Below are positions 38,565 to 48,801 of a stretch of 64,000 nucleotides of DNA, piece by piece. The notes below the pieces were generated by a model that worked only from the letters and a program-made list of their open reading frames with translations, had not been told where the DNA came from and did no database searches. The translations under genes and the position numbers were made by a program. This stretch comes from an uncultured delta proteobacterium (lineage in GTDB: Bacteria > Myxococcota_A > Polyangia > Polyangiales > Houyiibacteriaceae): positions 640,001 to 704,000 of the forward strand of contig CAVOVB010000002.1 of the NCBI GenBank assembly GCA_963699755.1. Direction: 5' to 3'. Every line of letters begins with the position of its first letter. Position 1 is the first letter of the stretch.

Positions 38565-40544
38565 TCAGCTTTCGGAGACGAGGACCAGCAGCGCGTCAGC
38601 ATCCACTTGGTCGCCGGCGGTCACAGTGACCCGAGCGACGGTGCCGTCCTGTGGCGCGGTGACGGTGTGCTCCATCTTCATGGCTTCCATGATCAGGAGC
38701 ACCTGGCCTGCCCGCACCGTGTCGCCTTCCGCGACACGGAGCTCGATGACCTTGCCCGGCATGGGTGCGATGCATCCGCCCGCGGGAACCTCGAGCGACT
38801 TGTCGGGGAAACGCGGCTTGCGCCGAAGGCCGATGCTGAACTGGTCGGTGTGAACATAGGTCCTGTCGCCATCGAAGCGGATGCGAGCGCGCCAGCGGTG
38901 CGACCTCTCTTCCAGCGTCAGCTCTGGAGGCTCCCAGGAAACCACGCGAACGTCCCGCTCTTCTTCGCCGGTCCAGACCGTGAAGCGTTCCGCCCCCAGG
39001 TGCCGATACTCGACGCGCAGGTCTCGGTCTCCCCGGGCATATTCGACCCATTGCGGCGTGTGGTAGTTGTTCCGCCACCCTGACGGAACGTCGGGCACGA
39101 GAACCCGCTCGCCTTCGCGCTGCTGGTGCTCGGCAAGCGCTGCGGCCATCGCCGCCCGCTGCTCGCTGATCTCGGAGGCTTCCTCGCCGAGCTCGTCCCG
39201 GAGATGCCGGTCGATGAAGTGCGTGTCGATCTCGCCAGCAATGAAGGCGGGGTGATCGAGGACGCGGAGCAGGAACTCCCTGTTCGTGGTGACTCCTTGC
39301 ACGCTCAGGGAACGCAGCGCCCTGCGCATCCTTTGAATGGCAAGCTGCCGGCTCTCCCCGGACGTGATGATCTTCGCGAGCATGGGGTCGTAGTGGATAC
39401 CGACCACGCTGCCGGTTTCGATGCCGCTATCAACGCGCAAGCCATCGGCGGCTGGCAAATGCCAGTCGACCACACGTCCGCTTTGAGGAAGGAAGCCCGC
39501 CGCCGGGTCTTCGGCGTAGACGCGAACCTCGAGGGCAGCCCCTTCGAAGCGGACCGCCTCCTGCTCGATGCGAAGCACCTCGCCTTGCGCGACCAGGATT
39601 TGCTCTTCGACCAGGTCGAGACCGGTCACGGACTCGGTCACCGGGTGCTCGACTTGGAGTCGCGTGTTGACCTCGAGGAAATAGAAGCTCCCGTCGGGTG
39701 CGAGGATGAACTCGACCGTACCCGCGTTTTGGTAGCCGATCGCCTTGCCACAGAGGACCGCTGCTTCGCCCATCTGCCTGCGGAGCTTCGAATCGAGGGC
39801 CGGGGACGGCGATTCCTCGATGATCTTCTGATGCCGTCGTTGGATCGAACACTCTCGCTCGTTGAGGTGAATCAAGTTGCCATGACTGTCGCCGAGAATC
39901 TGAATCTCGACGTGACGCGGATCCTCGATGTACTTCTCGACTAACAAGGTACCGTCCCCAAAAGCGCTTCGTCCCTCACGCGCCGCCGAAGCGATCGCGT
40001 CTGGGAGCTCGCTCTTTTTGCGAACGAGCTTCATCCCCTTTCCACCACCGCCTGCGCTCGCCTTGAGCAAGACGGGGAATCCGATCTTAATCGCTTCCTG
40101 GGCTAGAACCTCTGGATCCTGGTTCGAGCCGTCGTAGCCAGGAATCACCGGAACGCCGGCCTCATCGACCAGTGCCTTGGCCTCGCGCTTGGAGCCCATC
40201 GATCGGATCGCGTCGGGAGTGGGCCCGATGAAGATCACGCCGGCCTCGCCGCAGGCCTCGGCGAAGTCTGCGTTCTCGGCGAGGAAACCATAGCCGGGAT
40301 GAATCGCGTCGGCCTTGGTCACAGCCGCCGCTTCGAGCATCTTGTCGATCCGCAAGTAGCTTTCCGCGCTCGGAGCAGGCCCCAACCGAATCGCCTCGTC
40401 GGCCTCCGCAACGAATGGCATCGCCGCATCGGCATCGGAGAAAACCGCTACGGTCGCAATGCCCATCTTCCGACAGGTCCGCATGATCCGGCGCGCGATT
40501 TCGCCACGGTTGGCGACGAGGATCTTCTGAATGCTCTTGATCAA
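38565..40544 (-). CDS. Acyl-CoA carboxylase alpha subunit (biotin carboxylase + BCCP; AtuF/MccA-like)
   Basis: ANRGEIA, HPGYGFLAEN, GGGGKGM, RECSIQRRHQK, NTRLQVEHPVTE, EAMKM; GGAGG then TTG 40544. Confidence 0.95.
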   Translation of the reverse strand: MIKSIQKILVANRGEIARRIMRTCRKMGIATVAVFSDADAAMPFVAEADEAIRLGPAPSAESYLRIDKMLEAAAVTKADAIHPGYGFLAENADFAEACGEAGVIFIGPTPDAIRSMGSKREAKALVDEAGVPVIPGYDGSNQDPEVLAQEAIKIGFPVLLKASAGGGGKGMKLVRKKSELPDAIASAAREGRSAFGDGTLLVEKYIEDPRHVEIQILGDSHGNLIHLNERECSIQRRHQKIIEESPSPALDSKLRRQMGEAAVLCGKAIGYQNAGTVEFILAPDGSFYFLEVNTRLQVEHPVTESVTGLDLVEEQILVAQGEVLRIEQEAVRFEGAALEVRVYAEDPAAGFLPQSGRVVDWHLPAADGLRVDSGIETGSVVGIHYDPMLAKIITSGESRQLAIQRMRRALRSLSVQGVTTNREFLLRVLDHPAFIAGEIDTHFIDRHLRDELGEEASEISEQRAAMAAALAEHQQREGERVLVPDVPSGWRNNYHTPQWVEYARGDRDLRVEYRHLGAERFTVWTGEEERDVRVVSWEPPELTLEERSHRWRARIRFDGDRTYVHTDQFSIGLRRKPRFPDKSLEVPAGGCIAPMPGKVIELRVAEGDTVRAGQVLLIMEAMKMEHTVTAPQDGTVARVTVTAGDQVDADALLVLVSES

Positions 40545-40558
40545 CGCCCGATCCCTCC

Positions 40559-42172
40559 CTAGTGACGAAAGACGCCCCATGACGTGGTCCCCTCGAAGGG
40601 AGCGTTGTAGGCAGCCGACAAGCAAATCGCGATCACGCTCCGCGTGTCGCGCGGGTCGATGATGCCGTCGTCCCAGAGGCGCGCGGTGGCGTAGAGCGCA
40701 GTCGACTGCTCTTCGATCTGCTTCTCCGTCATCATCTTGGCGACCTCGAGCATCTTTTCGTCAACCTCGATGCCCTTCTTGGCCGCGGCGTCGCGCTGGA
40801 TGATGTCGAGCACGCCCGCGAGTTGCTTGCCGCCCATCACCGCGATCTTGTGATTGGGCCAGGTGAAGAGAAAGCGTGGAAGGTAAGAGCGGCCCATCAT
40901 GGCGTAATTGCCAGCGCCGTAGCTAGAGCCGGTCATGATGGTAATCGCCGGGACTTTGCTGTTGGACACGGCGTTGATCATCTTGGCACCGTGTTTGATG
41001 ATCCCATTCTGTTCGTACTGCTTGCCGACCATGAAACCGGTGGTGTTCTGCAAGAATACGAGTGGCACGTTGCTCTGGTTGCAGAGCTGAATGAACTGTG
41101 CGCCTTTGTTGGCGCTGTCACTGAAGATCGTTCCGTTGTTCGCAACGATCCCGACAGGAAAACCATGGATGTGCGCCCAGCCGCAAAGCATCGTTTTGCC
41201 GTACAGTGGCTTGAATTCGCTGAATCGGGAGCCATCGACGACGCGAGCGATGACTTCGCGCTGGTCGAAGGGAAAGCGCACATCTGCCGATGCAATGCCG
41301 AGTAGCTCCTCCGCATCGTAAAGGGGAGCTTCGATCGGACGCGGCCTAAGCTTGGCGCCCTTTTCCCATTCGAAGTGGGCTACGATTTCCCGCCCCAGGC
41401 GAATCGCGTCCACTTCGTCTTCGGCGAGGTAGTCAGAGACGCCGCTAATCACCGAGTGCATCTCCGCGCCGCCAAGCTCTTCATGCTCGGTCTCTTCACC
41501 GGTGGCCATCTTCACCAACGGCGGGCCGGCGAGGTAGACTTGCGCCTGCTCTTTGACCATCACGACATAGTCGCTCATGCCGGGCATGTACGCGCCGCCG
41601 GCGGTCGAGCTTCCGAAGACTAGGCAGATGGTCGGTATCTTCCGTTCGGAGCGCTGGGTGAGATGACGAAAGCCCGCCCCACCTGGAACGAAAATCTGAT
41701 CTTGCTTTGGCAGGTCCGCGCCGGCGGATTCGATGCAGGCGATGCCTGGCAATCGGTTCTGCTCGCAGATCTCGGCGAGCCTTCCTGTCTTCAGCATGCT
41801 GATCGGCGTGATGGCTCCTCCCTTCACCGTCGCTTCGCTTGCGGTGATGCAGCATTCGACGCCACTCACGAGGCCGACACCACCGACGACCGACGAACCG
41901 CTGACCTCGCCCTTCATCCCGTGGCCAGCCAGCGCACCGATCTCCAGGAAGTAGCTGTCGCGGTCGAGGAGCATCTCGATGCGTTGACGCGGCAGTATCC
42001 GGCCTCGTGAGAGGTGACGGCTCACGTATTTCTCGCCTCCGCCCCCGTTGGCTAGGGCGAGGGCCGCCCGAACCTTGGCGAGCGCGGAGAGATTGCCCTC
42101 ACGGTTGGTCTGGTACGTATCGGACTTGGTGTCGGCCTTCGAACGCAGGACGGGGTAAGGCTGCTCGGACAT
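40559..42172 (-). CDS. Acyl-CoA carboxylase carboxyltransferase subunit (AtuC/MccB-like)
   Basis: [54 protein letters not shown]. Confidence 0.95.
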   Translation of the reverse strand: MSEQPYPVLRSKADTKSDTYQTNREGNLSALAKVRAALALANGGGGEKYVSRHLSRGRILPRQRIEMLLDRDSYFLEIGALAGHGMKGEVSGSSVVGGVGLVSGVECCITASEATVKGGAITPISMLKTGRLAEICEQNRLPGIACIESAGADLPKQDQIFVPGGAGFRHLTQRSERKIPTICLVFGSSTAGGAYMPGMSDYVVMVKEQAQVYLAGPPLVKMATGEETEHEELGGAEMHSVISGVSDYLAEDEVDAIRLGREIVAHFEWEKGAKLRPRPIEAPLYDAEELLGIASADVRFPFDQREVIARVVDGSRFSEFKPLYGKTMLCGWAHIHGFPVGIVANNGTIFSDSANKGAQFIQLCNQSNVPLVFLQNTTGFMVGKQYEQNGIIKHGAKMINAVSNSKVPAITIMTGSSYGAGNYAMMGRSYLPRFLFTWPNHKIAVMGGKQLAGVLDIIQRDAAAKKGIEVDEKMLEVAKMMTEKQIEEQSTALYATARLWDDGIIDPRDTRSVIAICLSAAYNAPFEGTTSWGVFRH

Positions 42173-42367
42173 GCCAGCGAATCCTAGAGGCTGCTCGCAA
42201 CCCTGGGCAACCAGAAAATGAATGAATATTCAATCAGCAGCTCCCGGCCCTGTGATCCATCCAACAGTGAGACCTCAACCACAGTGATAGTATATTTTTT
42301 TGATCATATGGTTGCGTTTTTTCCAGTTGGGTGGTACCACACGCTTAGAGAGGTCGGAGAAACAACA

Positions 42368-43711
42368 ATGTCAGCACAAACTTCTAGCTCCAACACAATC
42401 ATGAACGAAGTGATCGATGCCGTGAAAGCGCGTGGCTGGATCACTTACGGTGAAGCATCGGCGGTCATTGCAGGGATTGGGGCCACCCAGGGCAATGTCC
42501 GCAAGTTTCTCCGGCGACTCGAGGCGGCAGGCGTCGAGGTCACCGTCAAACAGGGAAAGAACCGAAGAGGAGACCGCCGTCGCTCTCCCAAGTCGGAAGA
42601 GAAGACCAACGTCCTCAGCGCGGAGCCCGTGCAGACCTATCTCGATTGGATGGGGGCGGTGAGCCTGCTCACGCGTGAGGGTGAGGTCGAGCTTGCACGT
42701 CAGATCGAAAAGGGCCGCCAGATCATCTTCGATGCGGTAGTCGAGGCCAAGCTTCACATCGAGGACCTCAGCGAGGTTTGCGAGCGCGTTGCTTCGCAGG
42801 AGCTCGCCGTTCGCGAGGCGGTCATCGAATCTGCGTTCGAATCAGTGCTCTGTGCGCTCGATTCGTACGTACAGTCTTGCGGAGAAGGAATGATCGCTCG
42901 CAAGAAGGCCGAGGCTGACTCGGGGCTCACGGCGAGCAAGCTTCGGAAGCTCCACTCTGTCGTCTCGACCGCGCATACCGAAGTCGAACGGGCAAAGTCG
43001 GAGATGGTCGAAGCGAATCTCCGGCTGGTTGTGGCCATTGCGAAGAAGTACTTGAAGCGTGGCCTGCCTTTCATGGACCTGATCCAGGAGGGCAACATGG
43101 GCCTCATGCGTGCGATCGACAAGTTCGACTACCGCCGCGGTTACAAGCTCTCGACGTACGCTTCGTGGTGGATTCGTCAGTCGATGGCGCGCGCCACGAC
43201 GGACCAAGCGCGTACGATTCGGATTCCGGTCCACGCCTGCGAGCTCCTCACCAAGGTCACCGGGATGACGCGAAAGCTCACCGGTGAGCTTGGACGGGAG
43301 CCCAGTGCCGCGGAGATCGCAAAGCGAATGAAGCTCCCGACGGATCAGGTCGCGAATCTTCTGATGATCTCGCGAGACACGGTGTCGTTGGAAATGCCGG
43401 TGGGCAACGATGGAAACAGCGAGCTCCGGGACTTGATAGCCGATGACGAGGGCGGGACGCCGATGGATACCGTGATCGGCGAGGACCTTTCGAAGTCGGT
43501 CGAGCGAGCTCTCGAGAGCTTGAACCCGCGCGAGCAACGGATCATTCGAATGCGCTTCGGCATCGGCGAGAAGGAATCCCACACCCTAGCCGAGATCGGC
43601 CGAGAATTTGGGCTCAGTCGAGAGCGCATTCGCCAGTTGCAGTCCCTTGCGCTTCGCAAGCTCCGCACGGTGCACGGGGACGCCGCTCTGAAGCAGTTCG
43701 TCACCGGCTGA
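42368..43711 (+). CDS. RpoD/SigA-like sigma-70 factor (probably a group 2 paralog)
   Basis: [67 protein letters not shown] 42368 chosen. Confidence 0.93.
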   Translation: MSAQTSSSNTIMNEVIDAVKARGWITYGEASAVIAGIGATQGNVRKFLRRLEAAGVEVTVKQGKNRRGDRRRSPKSEEKTNVLSAEPVQTYLDWMGAVSLLTREGEVELARQIEKGRQIIFDAVVEAKLHIEDLSEVCERVASQELAVREAVIESAFESVLCALDSYVQSCGEGMIARKKAEADSGLTASKLRKLHSVVSTAHTEVERAKSEMVEANLRLVVAIAKKYLKRGLPFMDLIQEGNMGLMRAIDKFDYRRGYKLSTYASWWIRQSMARATTDQARTIRIPVHACELLTKVTGMTRKLTGELGREPSAAEIAKRMKLPTDQVANLLMISRDTVSLEMPVGNDGNSELRDLIADDEGGTPMDTVIGEDLSKSVERALESLNPREQRIIRMRFGIGEKESHTLAEIGREFGLSRERIRQLQSLALRKLRTVHGDAALKQFVTG

Positions 43712-43830
43712 GGGGCGCTTCGGCGCGGGCCCCATCACACGCGTGCCGTAGATCTGTCGAGCCGGTAGAATCAATGCCATCGGCGTGACGCGCACCGCGC
43801 GCAAGTCCCCGATCCGAAGATCAGACGGTG

Positions 43831-44148
43831 TCAATCGAGCTCTCCGTTCTTCGCCTTGTCGATCCACTTCTCCATCGTTCGCTGCACGACGTCGAGCGCC
43901 ATGTTCTTGAACGGGCGGAGAAGAAGCGGAACCTTCTGCATCTCGATCACTGCCTGCCCCGGCTGCATGTCGACCGTCGCTGCGACGTTGACGCCTTTAA
44001 CATGGAACGTGATCTCGGCCCTCGTGTCCGTGACCCAGGTCGACTTCGCGTCGTACTTCGCCCACTTCTTCGTGTAGTGCTCCGCAGCTTTGTCCGCAGC
44101 CTTCTTGGCTAGCTCCGGGCTGAGGTCGTGCTTGATGATATGCTCCAT
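43831..44148 (-). CDS. Polyhydroxyalkanoic acid system (PHA_gran_rgn-like) small protein
   Basis: MEHIIKHDL..AKKAA..Y..W..F..KG..VPLLLRPFK pattern recalled for this family; GAGG then ATG 44148. Confidence 0.6.
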   Translation of the reverse strand: MEHIIKHDLSPELAKKAADKAAEHYTKKWAKYDAKSTWVTDTRAEITFHVKGVNVAATVDMQPGQAVIEMQKVPLLLRPFKNMALDVVQRTMEKWIDKAKNGELD

Positions 44149-44195
44149 GAGGCCTCTCGCTGGGCCAAAGGATTGCACGAAACCGCGGGTCGACG

Positions 44196-45287
44196 CTATG
44201 TGAGAGCCGAAATCTGACGTCCCTGATGGATCCAAGCAGCCAAGGCTGAAGGATCGCCGAGCGGACGGATTGCCTCAGGGAGTGCCCACGCCGCAAGCCC
44301 CAGATTGGTAACGAAGGCGACCATGTTGGCATGCTTCTGCGCCTCTTCGGCGTTCAATGACGCTCGCATTCGCTCGAGCTTGGGAGCGAGGGCGGCAAGC
44401 CTATCGGGATAGGGGACCTTGGTCGGCATCGGACGGGCGGTTCTGGGAATGAATGCCCTGTTGAACACGACATGCGCCAACTCGAAATCCCGACTCCGGA
44501 TCTCCGCGGCGACGGATTTGGCAGCTTCGAGTCCGGCTGCATCAGCCGAGGACACGAGAACGAAGATGCTGCTGGAGGAACGCATCAACTCCTGGACCTC
44601 CTTTGCGCGCTCGGCGAACCCCTCGCGAAGGAAGGCCATCTCGGTGAGGAACTCGGTAAGAGCTGAAACCAGGGAATCCCCTGTCACGATTCGCAAGAGC
44701 CTCTGTGTGATCGCGCCGCCGCGCAGCTGCGGAGTTTCCTCGGAGCCCTGCAGAAACCATCGAACGACGCTCTGATCGAGGAAGCTCACCAGCCGGGCGG
44801 GCGCATCGAGAATTTCGATAGAGCTCTGCGCGGGCGGCGTGTCGACGACGACCAGATCGTATCGCCGCTCGTGTACCGCCTCGTGAACCCGCTCCATGGC
44901 GGCGTAGGCGTGTGAGCGTGCGAGCGTGTTCGAGAATGCCTGGTAGATTCGATTGTCGAGAACGCGTTGCGCTCGTGCCTGATCGGCGGCGGCGCGTCGT
45001 ATGATCCCGTCGGCGCTCGACTTGGTCTCCAACATGGCGGCGTGAAGCTCGCCGGCGTACGCCCGTGGGAGCGAGCTTGGGGGCAGCGGGATGTCTGAAG
45101 GGGCGTCGCGAAGGTCGCGGATGCCGAGGGCATCGGCCAAGCGTCGCGCAGGGTCGGCCGTCAGCACGAGGACCGACCTCCCCCGCAAGGCCTCGCCAAG
45201 CCCGAGTGCCGCTGCAAAGGTCGTCTTGCCCACTCCGCCCACGCCGACGCAGAACGCCAGCCTGCAGTCGTCGGAAAGCTGGATCAC
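44196..45287 (-). CDS. ArsA/Get3-related ATPase, second subunit
   Basis: GVGGVGKTT, TADPARRLADALG, VDTPP, LDAP, VFNR. Confidence 0.88.
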   Translation of the reverse strand: MIQLSDDCRLAFCVGVGGVGKTTFAAALGLGEALRGRSVLVLTADPARRLADALGIRDLRDAPSDIPLPPSSLPRAYAGELHAAMLETKSSADGIIRRAAADQARAQRVLDNRIYQAFSNTLARSHAYAAMERVHEAVHERRYDLVVVDTPPAQSSIEILDAPARLVSFLDQSVVRWFLQGSEETPQLRGGAITQRLLRIVTGDSLVSALTEFLTEMAFLREGFAERAKEVQELMRSSSSIFVLVSSADAAGLEAAKSVAAEIRSRDFELAHVVFNRAFIPRTARPMPTKVPYPDRLAALAPKLERMRASLNAEEAQKHANMVAFVTNLGLAAWALPEAIRPLGDPSALAAWIHQGRQISALT

Positions 45288-46219
45288 CAGAGGCCCTCAC
45301 GCTCGATCATAGCCGAAAACCTGTCGATGATCGCGTCGCTCTCCTCGTCCTGCGCCTCAAACGTCATCGTTGGCAGGTCGATATCCCGCTGAAGCCCCCG
45401 TAGGCATTTCTCGGCAGTCTGCCGGCGCCAACCGAGATACTGCGCGAGGGCCAGGTCGGGAGCCCAGGGCTGGCCGGCACTCGCGCCGGCGAGCTCTGCT
45501 TCGACGAGTCGTTGCTCCTGCTCGTCTAGCCAGGCGCGCGGGACGCGATTGATGAACAAGCATCCCAGATGCAGGTCTTCGCGGTGACGAAGCTGCGCGT
45601 GAAGTTGAATCGTTTCGTTGACGGCGAGGGGCTCGGGCACGGTGACGATGTGGAGCGCACATCGACGTTCATCGCGGACGAGCTCGCTCGCGCTATCGAC
45701 TATTTGGCGGAGAGGTCCATCCTTGAGAAACACCTCGAGAACGCTCGGGAGATCGAAGAACATCAGGGCATGCCCGGTGGATTCGAGGTCGACGAGGATG
45801 GGACTCCATCGCTCGTCTGCCGCGAGCTGCGCCACACGATGGAAGGTCACGATCTCGTCCACCCCCGGAGCCGCCATGAACAAGCGCCGCAAAGAGCGGT
45901 TTTTCGCGACGAGGCCGGCGATCGGGCGGAGCTTGAGTCGCGATGTGATGTAGTCCACCAGTGCTGGCTCGAACTCAACGCGGCTGGCAAACACGCCTGG
46001 CACGACCTCGGAGGGTTCGTATCCAACGTCCGGGCCGTGAAACAAGTGCGACGACGAAGTGTGAGCTCCAAGCTCCACGATCAGCGGTCGCTTGCCCGCG
46101 CGGGCCGCGGCCGTCGCGAGCGCTGCGAGGACCGTAGACTTGCCCACCCCGCCCTTGCCCGTGAAGAACTGCACCTGCCGCGTGAGGGGCTCCCGAGTGG
46201 TCGCGTGCACCTTGCGCAC
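45284..46219 (-). CDS. ArsA/Get3-related ATPase, first subunit
   Basis: FTGKGGVGKST, APGVDE, VDLESTGH, VTVPE, INR; GTGA overlap with the partner. Confidence 0.88.
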   Translation of the reverse strand: MRKVHATTREPLTRQVQFFTGKGGVGKSTVLAALATAAARAGKRPLIVELGAHTSSSHLFHGPDVGYEPSEVVPGVFASRVEFEPALVDYITSRLKLRPIAGLVAKNRSLRRLFMAAPGVDEIVTFHRVAQLAADERWSPILVDLESTGHALMFFDLPSVLEVFLKDGPLRQIVDSASELVRDERRCALHIVTVPEPLAVNETIQLHAQLRHREDLHLGCLFINRVPRAWLDEQEQRLVEAELAGASAGQPWAPDLALAQYLGWRRQTAEKCLRGLQRDIDLPTMTFEAQDEESDAIIDRFSAMIEREGLW

Positions 46220-46259
46220 CTAGCAGGTTCGAAACGTGATATCGAGGGAGCAGCTCTCC

Positions 46260-47117
46260 ATGAAAGCCTGGCTCCAAGCGTTGCGACCACTGGCCCATGT
46301 CAACATCGCGGTCCCCTTGCTCTTGGGACAGGTCGCTGCCTGGCATACGACCAGCCGATTCAGCTGGCCCTGGTTCGCGGCTGCAATGCTCTGGGGCAGC
46401 TTGGATCATCTGTTCGTGGTGTTCGCGAACGACTTCGCCGATCACGAAGCGGACAGCGGTCGGCGAACCCTGCTCTCGGGGGGTTCGGGGGTCATTCCTG
46501 AAGGCAAGTTGACCCCATTGCAGGTGGAACGGGCCGCCTGGGCGGCGGCAATGCTGCTCATGATCTACTCCTGTGCACTCGTCTTGTTCGGGCGGAGCTT
46601 GACCCCGTTCTACGCGCTCGTCGCACTGCTTTTGATGTGGCTCTACAGCTTCAGACCGGTGCGCCTGAGCTACCGTGGCGGGGGCGAGCTACTCCAAGGT
46701 CTCGGGGTCGGCATCGGCCTTCCTTCGCTCGGCTATTACCTCCAGGCAGAGGGCGTCTTCGCACCGGCCTGGGTGATTGGTCCTGCAGCGCTTCTAGGCG
46801 TTTGCAGCAACGTCCTCACCGCGCTCCCCGACGTCGAGGATGATTCGCGCGCCGCGAAGCAGACCTGGCCCGTGCGGCACGGCATGACGTCCGCCCGGCG
46901 CTTTGCGTCCGCCGGCATTTCGTTTGCGGCGTTTGCAGTATTCCTCTGGACACCGTCAGTCTCGGTGCCGATCAAGGCAGGCGTGGCGATTGCACCGCTC
47001 CTCCCTCTCTTGGCGGGCGCCCGGGCCGTGGACCCGTTTCGCGCCGCATGGTGGTCGAGCATTGCGCTCAACCTCTTGGTCGCGCTCTGGATGCTTGCGA
47101 TGCTCTCGTCCCTTTAG
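46260..47117 (+). CDS. UbiA-superfamily prenyltransferase (MenA-like)
   Basis: WLQALRP, NDFADHEAD, GGSGVI, LSYRGGGE, PDVEDD..KQT; multi-TM. Confidence 0.82.
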   Translation: MKAWLQALRPLAHVNIAVPLLLGQVAAWHTTSRFSWPWFAAAMLWGSLDHLFVVFANDFADHEADSGRRTLLSGGSGVIPEGKLTPLQVERAAWAAAMLLMIYSCALVLFGRSLTPFYALVALLLMWLYSFRPVRLSYRGGGELLQGLGVGIGLPSLGYYLQAEGVFAPAWVIGPAALLGVCSNVLTALPDVEDDSRAAKQTWPVRHGMTSARRFASAGISFAAFAVFLWTPSVSVPIKAGVAIAPLLPLLAGARAVDPFRAAWWSSIALNLLVALWMLAMLSSL

Positions 47118-47845
47118 CGGCTCAACCCAAGAGATGCAGCTACATCCTCGCGAAGCGCATCGAAATCCCGACTCGCATCCGGCCGCGTGTCGCGCCGCCA
47201 AGCCTTTACCGGAACGTAGTCTTTTTCGGCGAGCACACGATAGAGCGAAAGCTCTTCCTCGGGCTCGCGGGAGAATGGAAACGGGTTTCTTGAAGCGCCG
47301 CCGTCGATCTTCGGGTACCAGTCGTCATCTGCGTTGATCAAGGTCAGTATGTCGCGACCGCGGCTTTCCGTTTGCCGTAGGAAGTCGACCCCGAACGGCT
47401 CGATGCCTGCGCGCTTTCGTGGAGCGCGGCGAACCCAGCGTGCCCAGTCGAAGCCGTACATGAAGTCGTGCACGTAGCGAAATCGAATCAACGACTGCTG
47501 CCCATAGAGCGTCATCAAGCCGACCGTCAGCCGCGTGATGTCGGCGAGATAGCTCGCGTAGTCGCAGGCATCGGCTGCGCTTCGATGGATGGATGTCAAG
47601 TAGAAATCGAAGTCCCAGAAGAGATTCTCGGGAAAGCTCCTGAGCTGGGCTTCCGCGACTGCCGAAGCTGCGGCAGCCAGGTGCGGCAACTGCCGCGAAT
47701 CGGCCAAGCTAGACACGAGCTCGGCGAGCGGGCTTGCGGTCGAGCGACCCGGGTCGAGGGTCAGCGCGCCGAATCGGCTCTCTTGGATTCTAGCTTGGAC
47801 GCCAAGCAGCGGAATGATCGTTTCGTCTAGCGCCTGAGCGGTCAT
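47114..47845 (-). CDS. Hypothetical protein, aromatic-rich
   Basis: 243 aa with FPENLFWDFDFY, IRFRYVHDFMYGFDWARW, RNPFPFSREP; ATGA-coupled to the upstream prenyltransferase. Confidence 0.75.
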   Translation of the reverse strand: MTAQALDETIIPLLGVQARIQESRFGALTLDPGRSTASPLAELVSSLADSRQLPHLAAAASAVAEAQLRSFPENLFWDFDFYLTSIHRSAADACDYASYLADITRLTVGLMTLYGQQSLIRFRYVHDFMYGFDWARWVRRAPRKRAGIEPFGVDFLRQTESRGRDILTLINADDDWYPKIDGGASRNPFPFSREPEEELSLYRVLAEKDYVPVKAWRRDTRPDASRDFDALREDVAASLGLSR

Positions 47846-48801
47846 GTCAATCCCAACCGCAGCGACAGGAGCAGTGTCGCCACCATTGTACTATGCCAGA
47901 TCGCTCGATGAAGGAAATGTTTGTACTCGCCCTGCGCCCGAAACGCGCTGGTGACCGCGGCGTCGCTCACTTTTCGCATCGCAACGAAGTTCCACGATGC
48001 GATCGCTACGGCAGGCACGACGGCCCAGAGCGGCAACCATTGCGGCTTGGCGAGCGATACGGCCAGCCAGCTTGCGGCCCCTAGCACAACGCAGGCTTCG
48101 GTGAGGTGTCGGGCGGCCGCGTTCCCGACCACCGAGGCGAAGGTGCGTTTCCCGCCGGCACGATCGCTCTCTTCGTCGGACAAGCCGCTTGCGACCCCAC
48201 TTGCGAGGCTGAGTAGCGAGAACCCCAGAACCCAGAGCCAGGCACTCGGGCTGATGCCGCCCGCCTGCAGGTACGCATTGTAGAGCGGCAGGGCTATCCC
48301 GACGCCGAACATCTCCAAGAGCTCGCCTCCGCCCCGGTAGTTTAGGCGAAGCGGGGGCAGCGTGTAGGCGACGAAGAGCAACATGCTGAACAGCCCGGCT
48401 TCCAATGCCATCGGTCGTCGGAGAGCGACCTCCGCACCGGCAGCCGTGAGCAGGGTAGCGCCACCGAACAGGAGGCCTGCGATCCCTACCGCGCGGGCGT
48501 CGAGGATACGGTCTGGGATGGTTTTTGGGGAGCAACCATCGGGGAACATCCTGCGCTTGATTGCGTCGACCTCACGGTCGCCCCAGTCGTTGAGCAAGAC
48601 GATGAAGCCCAAGCCGAGCACCGTGAAGCCAAGCCCCCATCCGAGCGCCTGCACATCGAACCCTCGAGACTGACTCGCGCCAATGAGCTGCCCGAATAGA
48701 GCCGGCACGAACAACTTGGGCCAACTCGCGGGCTTGAGCGCGTAGAGCCATCGCCCCAGGGCAGAGCCACGAACCCCTGCGCCTGTGACCGAAGCCTTCA
48801 T
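47842..48801 (-). CDS. UbiA-superfamily prenyltransferase (MenA-like), paralog 2
   Basis: WLYALKP, NDWGDREVD, LNYRGGGE, SDEESDRAGGKRT; multi-TM. Confidence 0.82.
   Translation of the reverse strand: MKASVTGAGVRGSALGRWLYALKPASWPKLFVPALFGQLIGASQSRGFDVQALGWGLGFTVLGLGFIVLLNDWGDREVDAIKRRMFPDGCSPKTIPDRILDARAVGIAGLLFGGATLLTAAGAEVALRRPMALEAGLFSMLLFVAYTLPPLRLNYRGGGELLEMFGVGIALPLYNAYLQAGGISPSAWLWVLGFSLLSLASGVASGLSDEESDRAGGKRTFASVVGNAAARHLTEACVVLGAASWLAVSLAKPQWLPLWAVVPAVAIASWNFVAMRKVSDAAVTSAFRAQGEYKHFLHRAIWHSTMVATLLLSLRLGLT

Noticed and set aside
20092..46219. Arsenic-resistance interpretation of the ArsA-like ATPases
   Set aside because: No arsR/B/C/D or acr3 in the window; single-domain proteins of the Get3-like type.
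46260..48801. UbiA-family genes as the missing DPPR synthase for DprE1/E2
   Set aside because: They lack the DRxHPxKxxRP motif of that subfamily and show MenA-like motifs instead.
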